This document shows, one piece after another, positions 10,807 through 21,172 of a stretch of DNA of 34,685 nt. The notes under the pieces were generated by a model. The model did not search any database, had not been told where the DNA came from, and saw nothing but the letters and a program-made list of their open reading frames with translations. Source of the DNA: Reclinomonas americana ATCC 50394 (lineage: Eukaryota). Where the stretch lies: contig PS015043.1 of NCBI GenBank assembly GCA_048213135.1, forward strand, positions 153,382 through 188,066, written 5' to 3'. Each line of letters begins with the position of its first letter. The first letter of the stretch is position 1. The position numbers were made by a program, and so were the translations under genes.

Positions 10807-11889
10807 ATGACCTCCCCACTCCTCTCCCTCTGCGCCACCCCCCTCGGCGACTTCTCCCCCCAACACTGCGTCGCCTTCACCCCCGATAACCAGCACTTTG
10901 TGAGCGGCGGCGAAGACCACGCCGTGCGCGTGTGGTCCGTGGCCACTGGCGCACAAGTGCAAGAGTTTGGCGAGCACACCGACGAGGTACTATGCGTCGC
11001 CGTCACTCCCGACGGCAGCCACGTGGTAAGCGGAGGCAGTGACATGACTGTGCGAGTGTGGTCGCTGGCGACGGGCGAGGAGGTGCGCAGACTGGAGGGC
11101 CACACCATGTATGTCAGCTCAGTGGCTGTCGACGACCTGCACATTGTCAGTGGCAGCTGGGACAAGACTGTGCGCGTGTGGTCACTGGCGACAGGCGAGG
11201 AGATGCGACTCTTCAACCGGCACACTGGGTGGGTGCTGTGTGTGGCCATCACCGTCGACGGGCGGTATGTGGTGAGTGGCGGCACGGATCGAGTGGTGCG
11301 CGTGTGGCAAATGGACAATGGACGCGAGGTGTGCCACCTGGACGGGCACGTCGACGGTGTGCAGTGCGTTGCGGTCACGCGCGATGGTCGGCATGTGGTC
11401 AGTGGTGGCTCGCGGGATGGCATGGTGCGAGTGTGGTCGCTGGTGACGGGCAAAGAGGTGCAGCGGTTGGATGGACGTGTGCATGCGGTGAACTCGGTGG
11501 CGATCACGGTGGATAGTCAGCGAGTGGTGTGCGCCAGCAATGATTGCACTGTGCGCGTGTGGTCGCTGGCGAGTGGCGAAGAAGTGGCACCGAGGGTGAA
11601 AGTCGATGCGTGGAGCGTGGAGGCGGTCGCTGTCAGTGCGGATGGGCAGTTTGTGGCGAGTGCCGGCGGTGGCGAAATGGCGCTGTGTCTGTGGGCGACG
11701 CCGTGTGGGCTCGCGTCTCGTGAGCTTGCGCGGGCGCGGTTTGCTCTGCGCGCGGTGCAGGAGATGCAGGCGGCGGAGGGCGAAGTGGAGCGGCGGTGTC
11801 TGGTGGAGATCGTGCTGCGCTGCTTCATGGTGGAGGAGGCGGAGGTGGTGATGCATCGCTGCGCGACAGATCCGGCGTTGCGACTGTGA
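10807..11889 (+). CDS. Intronless 7-repeat WD40 protein with the conserved C-terminal tail (WD40-D)
   Basis: 360-aa ORF with seven WD40 repeats. Tail: ELARARFALRAVQEMQA...ERRCLVEIVLRCFMVEEAEVVMHR. Confidence 0.9.
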   Translation: MTSPLLSLCATPLGDFSPQHCVAFTPDNQHFVSGGEDHAVRVWSVATGAQVQEFGEHTDEVLCVAVTPDGSHVVSGGSDMTVRVWSLATGEEVRRLEGHTMYVSSVAVDDLHIVSGSWDKTVRVWSLATGEEMRLFNRHTGWVLCVAITVDGRYVVSGGTDRVVRVWQMDNGREVCHLDGHVDGVQCVAVTRDGRHVVSGGSRDGMVRVWSLVTGKEVQRLDGRVHAVNSVAITVDSQRVVCASNDCTVRVWSLASGEEVAPRVKVDAWSVEAVAVSADGQFVASAGGGEMALCLWATPCGLASRELARARFALRAVQEMQAAEGEVERRCLVEIVLRCFMVEEAEVVMHRCATDPALRL

Positions 11890-12126
11890 TTTCCGGCAAC
11901 CCGGCCGACTCCATTTATAGGCCTTTTCGCCGCCGGCATGTCTTCTGAGATGCCGGCGGCGATACTGTTTCGAACGCGACACATGCGCAGAGCCATGAAT
12001 GCAAGTGGCAACGCCTCATCACGACGCGTGGGCACGCAAGCGGAGGCGGACACGAATGTTCGGTGGGTTTCAGAACAAAACCTGTCACAACACATCTTTT
12101 CTGAGTCGCGTGTGAGAGCTCGCACA

Positions 12127-12198
12127 ATGCTCTTCCAACGCGCCGCCGCTCTGTTTGCGCGGCACCCACTGCGCTGTATTGTTGCGTCTGTGTGTGTG

Positions 12199-12239
<41 letters not shown>

Positions 12240-13862
12240 ATCACACATCCTTTGCTCACTTCTCTCCTCTCCACACAAAGGGCACACTGGCGGGCGCCGC
12301 TGGTGTCGCCTACACTGTGCCTCAGGTGCACACAGCTCGCGGACCAGACCCGCCGCTCGCCTTGGCTGTCGGCAAAATCCAGCTGACAGAGGACGGCGAC
12401 GAGTCGAGTGCGGCCGACTTGCGTTCTCACGCGCTCTCCAACTGGTGGATGGCAAAGGACCTGGACGATCGGTACACATTCGTTATTCAGGCCATCAAGG
12501 ACGGCATGCTGGCGATGAAGGAGTATCGTGGCGGCCTGGCCGACTTGTCGTACGCCGTCTTCCGTCATGATCATCCCAATACCGAGGCTGGCAAGGAGGC
12601 CAAGAAGCAGACGAGCTCCGCCACTCCCGAGGGTCGTGTGGCCATTGTGCAGCAGGCGCTGGCTGTGAAGGCCTCGCGTGCCGGTATGGAGAATGTGCGC
12701 CAGTTGTTCCAGGGCCTGCAAGTGAGCCGCGCCGATGACACCATTGTTGTTCTCGTTGCGTCGGGGAGGGGGAATAGGGGGAAAGGGGGACAAGGAGAAG
12801 GAGGGGGAAAAAGAGAAGGAGGGGGACGAGGAGAAGGAGGGGGACAAGGAGAAGGAGGGGGACAAGGAGAAGGCAGAGGAGATGAGAGGGAAGAAGGGCG
12901 ATGGAGGGGATGAGAGCAAAAGACGGAGAAAGAGAGCGATCGACGATGACAGCGACTGGGAGGGAGAGAAGTCGGAGAAGAAGGAGAGAAGACAGAAAAA
13001 AGAGAAGGAAGACGGGGCGATGCGAGAGTGAGAGCAAAAGACAGAGAAGAGCGAGAATGATGGTGAGAGCGTGTGAGAGAGAAAGTCAGAGGATAAAAGG
13101 GGAGAAGACAGCAAGAAGAGAAGCAAGGCGGGCGATGCAGGCGAGTGAGAGCAAACGACAGAGAAAGAGAGCGATCGACGGAGATTGAGAGTGGGAGGGA
13201 GAGAAATCGGAGAAGATGGAGAAGACAGCGAAAAGAGAAGCAAGACGGGTGATGTAGGGGAGTGAGAGCAAGCGACAGAGAAAGAGACAGCGAGGGAGAG
13301 GGAGAGTGGGGGCGCAAGAGACACACATACATGAAGGAGGGAGAGACATAGTGAGAGCAAGGCAGGAGACAGATAGACAGTCAGTGTTGGAGAGAGTCTC
13401 ACCGACAGGCTATCTCAGCTGAGGAGAGGCAGGCACTCAAACTGCACGCAGATGGTTCTTTGTCTCTTTCCTGTCCGTCAGTTGAGCCACTTCTACTCTT
13501 GTCCTCTCCCTCGCGGTCTCTGTCGTCTCTCTCTTTCATTGTCTTTTCCCTCTGTCTCCAGTTCTCACCCATGCTCCTTTCTTTGTATTTTCCCTGTCCG
13601 ACAGTTGAGCTTCTCCCCTTTCCTCGCCGTCTCCGACGGTGTTCTCTCTTTCTCTGTCGTCTGTTTTCCCACTCCCACTCCTTCTCTTTGTCTCTTTCCT
13701 GCCTTCTTTCCCCCTTGTACTTGCCAGCTCTGTCGGTCTTTCTCTCTCTCTTGTTCTCTCTCCCACTCTCACTCCTGCCACAACTTTTCCTTGTCCCTTC
13801 TCCCCATTTTCCCATTTTCTCTTCTTCTTTCCCACTTCCTTGTCGGTCATTCTCTTTTGGTC

Positions 13863-13898
<36 letters not shown>

Positions 13899-16257
13899 GT
13901 TCCCTCACATGCTCCTTCTCCTTGTCTTATACTTGGTCGGCAGTTGAACTTCTCCGCTTTCTCTCTCTCTGTCCCTCGCACTCTCTGTCGGTCCTATTCC
14001 CTGTCCTTCCCCCCCTCCTCCTTCTTTCCCCCTTCTGCTCACTTCCCTTCTTTCGTGCAGGTGGACCACAAGCACCGCGAGATCAACATTTGCATCGCTG
14101 GTACGCGTGCCAGCTTTGCCACCGCCAGCGACTTTTGGACCGACTTCAAAATGGTCACCGGACTCGGTGGCCCCAATGAGCGTTTCGACGAAGCAAAGGA
14201 GGTGATGCAGTGGGTGTTTGACGAGCTCGCTCCCGCATGCGCCAGGAGCCGCGCTGATTCGTTTGGCGGTGAGGCGGCGGGTGAGAAGCCGGAGCGGCAT
14301 GAGTACCGCGTGTGCCTGCATGGCCACAGTCTTGGATCGACGATTGTGAGTGTGAGGTGGAGGGGGAAGCAAGGGGGAAGGGATGGAGGGAAGGGATCTG
14401 ACGGATAGGAGGGGAGGGAAGGGAAGGGTAGAGAAGGGAAAAAGAGAGGGAGGAGAAGGTAGAGAAAGCAAAGGGAAGCGACAGAAGGGAGAAAAGGGAA
14501 GGGAAGGAAAGACAACGAGAGGGAGAATGAAGAAGGGATGTGACAGAAGAGAGAGAAGCGGAGTGAAGGCTGGTGCAAGACAAGGAGACGGTGAGACGAG
14601 AAGGAGAGTGTGAATTAGGGAAGAGATGGGAAGGAGGGAAGGAAGGGAAGGAAAGTGAGAAAATGAAAGCGCGAGAGGAGGAGACGGAATGAAGACCGGG
14701 AAGGCAAGGAAAAGCAGGGAAAGGAAGGAAGTGACGGAAGGAAAGGAGACAAACGAGAAAAGTGAGAATGCCAGGGAAAGAAGTGAGAAGGAAAGAGATA
14801 GGGATGATATTGAGACAGAGACAGGGAACGGAAGCAAAGGGAAGGCAAGAAGAGAGAACAGCGCGGAAGGCCTGAAAGAAGAGAGCCAGAGATGGGAAGG
14901 AGAGAAGGAAAGGAAAGAAAAAGAGAAAATGAGAGCGCGAGAGGAGAAGACGGAATGAAGACAGGGAAGGCAAGGAGGGAAGGGCATGGGAAGGAGGGAA
15001 AGGAGGCAGCGAGAAAAGTGAGCGTGCCAGGGAAAGGAGAGAGAAGGAAGTGAAGGGTGGGAAGATGGAATCGAAGGGAAGGCAAGAAAAGAGAACGACG
15101 CTGAAGGCCTGAGAGAAGAGAGCCAGAGAGGGGGGAAGGAAGAAAGGCGGGGGAATAGACGGAGTGACAACGCGTCAAGACACTCGGGCTTGAATGAGCG
15201 AAACACCGAACCGTGTGAGAAGGAGAAGAGTTTTTTTCGCTTCTCTCTCTGTGTGTGCGCATCATCTTCCGCTTGATGTTCCGCACTCTGTGTCCTTGAA
15301 TGCTGCGAGTATAGGTACACGAGACTTGTTGGCGATCACTGGTAGATGCTCATTGTTGTGTGTGGATCAGTGAAGTTGCTAGAATAGTGAGNNNNNNNNN
15401 NNNNNNNNNNNNNNNNNNNNNNNNNNNNNNNNNNNNNNNNNNNNNNNNNNNNNNNNNNNNNNNNNNNNNNNNNNNNNNNNNNNNNNNNNNNNNNNNNNNN
15501 NNNNNNNNNNNNNNNGTGAGAATGTGTACAGGAGAGATGGGCGACGAGACTGTGTCCGTTCTTTTCCTTCCTATTCATGCAGGGGAGTGAGAATGTACAT
15601 GTGTACAGGAGAGATGGGCGACGAAACTGTGTCCGTTCTTTTCCTTCCTATTCACTTCTCTCTTTCCCCCTCCCCTCTCCCCCATTGCACAGGCCCTCTG
15701 GCTCAACACCAGCGACCTCGCGCAAGACAATCGAGTCAACGTGTACGCGTTTGCCACCATTCCGCCGCCCCTCTCGTGGGCGCTTGGAGACAAGTGGAAC
15801 ACGGCGGCGCAGACGCAGAACAGTGGCGACTCGGTGAGCACAGATCTCATACATATTTCGCGTTAACTGCCTTGCTGACACATTGTGACTACGTGCAGGT
15901 CGCCACCACTCCTATTCTGGCGCGCGTTCAGCAGCCGACCATCACTGGCGTGCGCCACAGCGGCGGTTGCGTGCACACGTACTCCAACGAGGAGGATCCC
16001 TTGACGCAGGGAGCCTCCTCCACCCGTTCATTCTTGTACGGCATGTTTGGTGGCATCAAGCAGAACTTTGTCGCGNNNNNNNNNNNNNNNNNNNNNNNNN
16101 NNNNNNNNNNNNNNNNNNNNNNNNNNNNNNNNNNNNNNNNNNNNNNNNNNNNNNNNNNNNNNNNNNNNNNNTTCCCCGGCGCCGTGTCCCATCGAGTGAC
16201 CGCGCTCGGGCACAGTGCGCGTCACTTTGACGACACGTTCTTCTGCGGTTCGTAAGA

Positions 16258-16288
<31 letters not shown>

Positions 16289-18315
16289 AGGGAGAGAGTG
16301 ATACTGAGTGTGTGAGGGAGACACGAAGTGGGGTCGAGAGGAGTCACGCTTTTTGCCGACTTTGTGTCGTTGTCTATTGACATTCACTTTTAACAGCTCT
16401 TGGGCCTGGTGACGAGGAATGGTTGGAGGCGATCAAGAAGCCGCTTCTCGAGATGCTCAAGGACGCCACGAGCACTCGCTCGGTCAATGGTTTCATGGAT
16501 CCCTACAGAAAGGCGCTGAAGAAGGTCAACGACTACAACCTCGACATTCAGCAGACGAGCAAGGTGCAAAGTGCGCTGGTGCAGAGCATGGGAAGCGCTT
16601 GGACTGGTACGTGTGCACTTGGCAATGCGCAACACGACGACGTGTTCACTCATCGCACGACAGCCCTCGTTCGTGACGCCCGGGAGTACGAGAAGGACGC
16701 GGCCGCTGCTCTCGAGGTGTTCACGTTGTTGGACAACGCCACAGTCGACTCNNNNNNNNNNNNNNNNNNNNNNNNNNNNNNNNNNNNNNNNNNNNNNNNN
16801 NNNNNNNNNNNNNNNNNNNNNNNNNNNNNNNNNNNNNNNNNNNNNNNNNNNNNNNNNNNNNNNNNNNNNNNNNNNNNNNNNNNNNNNNNNNTGTGCTCTT
16901 CAATTTGCGCGGTGATGGTTCGGATACAATAGCGGGTTCATTACTTTGATTGCTGCGACTGAGACTCTTCCCTGCAGACCCGGCTCTCTGGGCGAATTAC
17001 CTGGAGAAGCTCGAGACGGACATTTTTGGAGCTCACCGAATTCGTGAGTTCCGCATCATGTTCTTCTGTCTGTCTTGTCGGTTGCTGACTGTGAGTGCGC
17101 AGCCGAGGATCAGCAGAACATGCAGCGCTGGCACGTGGCTGCCTACATTGCGACGAACATTGCTGCCGAGCACGATATGCCCCGCCTGGTATGCACAGCT
17201 CATTCCCTCGTTTTGCATTCCATCTCCCACTCTGCTCACTCTTCTCCTCACACAAGGTGCCCGTGGAGGTGGCCAAGCGTGCGGCGACAATTCTCCGAGC
17301 CTGCGTTGAGAGTTACAAGCGGCTCCACCCGCGTGGTTCTGATGTCGACACTCTGCCGATGCAGATGCAACTGGCCGCGGCACTGCGCGCCTCGGGCATG
17401 CACGACGAGGCCGCAGCGTTGCTGGCGGGCCTGATTGACAAGGGCACACTTCTCCTTCAGACGCTGTCAGGCAGCATCACTCTGCAGCGCAACGTCGAGT
17501 TGGAGCTGGTGCAGTTGCAGCGCCGGTTGGCACTGGTGCTCTACGACTCTGGCAAGTACGACGACGCGGTGGCGGTACAGGAGAAGGCCGTCAGGTCGAT
17601 CAGCAGGCTCCTCGGCGACAGCCACCCGAACACCATCGTGGCGCGCAGTCACTTGTGGATGGCCAAGGTCAAGGCCGCTCGCCACCAGTCGGTGACGCCC
17701 GACTACCGGGAGGCACTGGACGCACAGTTTGAGGCGCTGTCGGTGGCGGAGAGCATGTTTGGCCGTCATCATCCCATGACGCTAATGGCGTGCGGCTTCC
17801 TCGCGCGGACCATTTGCAAGCAGGGCAACTATGACAAGGCGGAGCGCATGCAGCGCAGCATGCTGGCGGCCAATCGCCGACTGTACGGCTACTCGGACCA
17901 CCGCGCCGCCGAGGCACAATCGGCGCTCGCGCTGACGCTGCGTGCGAGAGCGGTGCGCGGTCGCGTGTCGGACGCCGAGCGAGCGAAGCTGCTGCAAAAG
18001 GCGGAGGGCATGCTGCGTCAGGTCTGTTCGCAGCTGGCAAGCACAGTCGGCGCCGCCAGCCAGGCTACCATTCGTGCGCAGTGCCGGTTGGCGTCGACGC
18101 TGTTCTACGAGGGCAAGTACGAGGAGGCGCGGAGAACGCAGCAGGTGGCGTGCAATGCTTCACGGCAGCTCGGAGAGCAGCATCCGCTGGCGAGGTCGAG
18201 CCAGGAGAAGATGGAGCGGATTGTGAGGAGGATGGCGAGAGAGGTGGGAGGTGGTGGTGGTGGTGGTGCAGCTCCGGAGTTGGCGGGGGCGGGGGTGGTG
18301 GTGGGTGGGAGGTGA
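12127..18315 (+). CDS. Class-3-lipase-like alpha/beta hydrolase fused to KLC-type TPR repeats. Exons: 12127-12180, 12281-12754, 14061-14345, 15693-15833, 15899-16247 (spans gap), 16397-16917 (spans gap; possible 57-nt intron 16607-16663), 16978-17043, 17103-17188, 17257-18315
   Basis: Spliced product reads DTIVVL|VDHKHREINICIAGTR, LHGHSLGSTI|ALWL (nucleophile elbow at 14322-14336), YSNEEDPLT (candidate catalytic Asp) and GHSARHF (candidate His). The last exon has LGDSHPNT, FGRHHPMT...QGNYDKAE and LGEQHPLA, typical of kinesin-light-chain-like TPRs. The fusion depends on the phase-1 intron 16248-16396 (G|GTTCGT...TAACAG). Confidence 0.75.
15516..15655. repeat. Intronic tandem duplication, two copies of ~60-70 bp
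   Basis: TGTGTACAGGAGAGATGGGCGACGA(G/A)ACTGTGTCCGTTCTTTTCCTTCCTATTCA occurs twice. It lies next to a gap, so it could be an assembly artefact. Confidence 0.7.
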
Positions 18316-18443
18316 TGGGAAAGAGTGAAAGGCCCGACGACGTCTTCATATCCTGTCGACAGGAATTGGAAATCCGGCAAAAGCCGGCAGACAGCAAGCT
18401 CGACTCGCATTGCATTTCTCTCATCTCTCTCGGAGAGCACACA

Positions 18444-21011
18444 ATGGTTCTTATTCGCCGTGTGTATGTCATCCGACGGCAGCTGAGCTTCCTGCCACAA
18501 GGCACAGAGCGCGGTGTGCTATCGCACTCGGCTCTGCTGCTCGAGCTGGAAAATGCTAAATTCATGATTCTCGAGGTGATGCACACTGCGGCATGTTCTC
18601 TTGCCGATGCGCATTGTCGCTCACTGTTGCTGTCTAGTTCTCTGTGGCGACACGCAAAGGCGCTGAACGCAGCGACGGTCAAGTGTGTCTCTACGGCGTG
18701 CAAGTGTATGACGACGAGGAAGATGTGGGCGACCTGGTGGGATGGGTCGAACGGCTGCGGCGGTACTACAACAGACTGCGTCGCAAGGATGTGGTGACGA
18801 TTGTTACTCGACCAAAGCAACGCGATGGCAAGCGCTTTGCTTGGGTGCGTCAGAAGAACGGGCAGCAGCCGGTTGGACGCTGGACGCCCGAGAGAGCGGC
18901 CGAGACCATGGAGAACCTGATGCAGGACGGCTACTCGGTGCTTGCGGAGGAGTATTGCCATTCGGCGCAGGAGCGCACGCGGGAGGCCATGGGCATTAGT
19001 GTGGAGTGCGGGCGGTCCAGCTGCGCACGCAAGGGTGTTGGTGCGTCGAGTGCGGCGGTGCATGCTGCGATGCGAGCCGACGGCGAGGCCGGAGAAGGCA
19101 GTCAGCCACGTGGTGGTGGCAGCGGTTCTTCTGGATCCGGAGGAGCCGTGAGGCGTCCACAACAACAGGGTGAGCCGTCGCCGCCACGTGCTGTGGCTGG
19201 TGGCGGCAGCGGTTCTTCTGGATCCGGAGGAGCCGCAAGGCGTCCACAACAACAGGGTGAGCCGTCGCCGCCACGTGCTGTGGCTGGTGGCGGCAGCGGT
19301 TCTTCTGGAGGAGCAGCGAGGCGTGCACAGCAGGGTGAGCCGTCGCCGCCGCGCGCACAACAAGGTCAGGCTGCTGGTGGTGGCAGCGGTTCCTCCGGAG
19401 AAGCGGCGAGGCGTCCACAGCAGGGTGAGCCGTCGCCGCAAGGTCAGGGAGCGGCTGCTGGTGCTGCAAGAGGCGGTGCTGCTCGTGGCCAGCCGGGACG
19501 CAGGAGACAGGAGGACGAAGACGAGCCGGAGGAAGAGGAAGAGGACCCGCAAGAAGATGAGGTAGAAGATGGAGAAGAAGAGGGAGGCGTTCGGCATCGA
19601 CCACCGCCGGATGATGACGATGAGGAGGACGACGGCGGCTCGCACAACTCGCACCACGTCAGCGATCGCAGGGGAGGTTATGTACGGCGTGCGCCGCCCA
19701 ACAGCCGTGGCGGAGTGTACTACGGTCCACCACCCAGTGCGGCAAGCGAGGCCGCGGGTGGTGACCTGCCGGTGGAGCACTTTAACCCCAACGTAATCGG
19801 TGCGACCATGCGTTTGGTTCTGCAATATGTGTTTTCGCGAGTATTCGGACGTTTCTCACGAAATATGCACTCATAACGCAGACGCCAGTGGCATGACGGC
19901 AGGTTTTGTCGAAGGTGTCTCGCGATTTGCGGAGGCCTTTAGCAATCTGCGATTCAAGGAGACGCCGGTCGCATTCTTCCAGCTGGCAGTAATTATGCCA
20001 CGAACCACGCATTTTGAGATGAAGAGACACGACCCCCTCTTCTGCGGCAATCAAAATGTCAGCTATGAGGAGAAGGCTCGGTTCAACCACCTTCTCATTG
20101 GCACGCCCGCCGAGTTGCAGCATGCTCATATGATTGGGGTGCGTCCGTATCCCCACTTTTTCCAGGCTGCCTACTGCCTGTTCCATCTTCTCACGTGGTG
20201 AAACGCTCTTGCAGGAGTTCAAGGCCAAGAACGAGATCCACCAGAAGAGTTCCGTGTTTGCCGTCAGACTGGGCGTCGGTGTGGGCCCTATCAGCGTAGG
20301 CGTCGGTATGGGGCTTGCGCGTGGTAGCAGTCACCAGCACATTGAGATGGACGCGCAGCTGGAGGGCGAGCTGTTGGATGCGCGCGGCTATGCGTTCACT
20401 TGTGAATGCTGCGGACACAACCAGTTTACTCTGCAAGGGGTCATTCGTAGCCTCAAGGCAGATTCGAAGGTACGTCAGCTGCGCATGGATGAGGGCGCCG
20501 ACGTGCGAGTGGAGTCGCTGCCGGGCTCCACGGGAGTGACTGTTCACCGGAGGGAGACCGGTGCGTTGACAAAGCCCTGACACTGACCGTTTTTTTGTGT
20601 GTCACTCACACACACTTTAACTCAGATATCAGCTTGCATGCGCGACAAGAGGAGGAGGAGCGCGAGGAGCGCGCAACTTTCCGAGGGGCTGCCAGTCAGG
20701 CTCCTCCTCGAGCCGCCGCGGCTCCTCGCGACCGCGATGCCGACGACGCTCTGGCACAGGTGCAAGCGATGGTGCGGGCGCAGAGCGTGGACGAGTTTTT
20801 GCGAGAGAGCGTGCAACCCCGCTACAACTGGCCTGCTGACGACCTCGAAATGGCGGTGGCGGTACTCAGCAGCCTCGACATTCACAATGTCGGGCAGTTG
20901 GTCGATCAGTGGAATGGCGCCGACATGAGGGCGGCACGCGGACAAGACGGTCTGCTGCCTCGGCCGCAGGATATTTTGATGGCGGTGGTTGATGCTGGAT
21001 TGCGACCTTAG
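18444..21011 (+). CDS. Multidomain protein: permuted papain-like (PPPDE/LRAT-type) peptidase domain, Gly/Ser/Gln repeat linker, acidic tract, unknown domain X, small helical C-terminal domain. Exons: 18444-18575, 18638-19799, 19882-20138, 20215-20560, 20626-21011
   Basis: All four introns are GT..AG with consistent phases. SHSALLLELENAKFMILE|F (His at 18525) and GYSVLAEEYCHSAQERTR (Cys at 18956) match the His-first, Y-x(5-6)-C layout of permuted NlpC/P60 enzymes. The 3' half is independently supported by the paralogue at 21173-22287. Confidence 0.75.
19105..19445 (+). repeat. Coding minisatellite, about 4 copies of a 78-90-bp in-frame unit (GGGSGSSG(SG)GAARRPQQ(Q)GEPSPPRA)
   Basis: GGCAGCGGTTCTTCTGGA...CAGGGTGAGCCGTCGCCGC repeats four times without a frameshift. 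Confidence 0.9.
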
Positions 21012-21172
21012 TTAGAGGAGGGGGAAAGAAGTGAATTATCCCAGTCGCAATGCACGTGCATTGGAAGTCTTCTATTTCGCTGTCCTTGAAACTCACTGTT
21101 CCTGTACATGTCGACGAGGAGCTCGTCACTTGCAAGGAATGTACGGTACTTTCCATTGGCTCTTCTTCTCCT

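Noticed and set aside
18065-19825. 586-aa minus-strand ORF, and other antisense ORFs over the WD40, TPR and methyltransferase genes
   Set aside because: These are shadows of GC-rich coding sequence on the opposite strand, with no independent motifs.
19882-20560. Calling domain X a gasdermin
   Set aside because: Only one candidate hairpin is visible and no gasdermin similarity could be recognised. It is kept only as a generic pore-former hypothesis.
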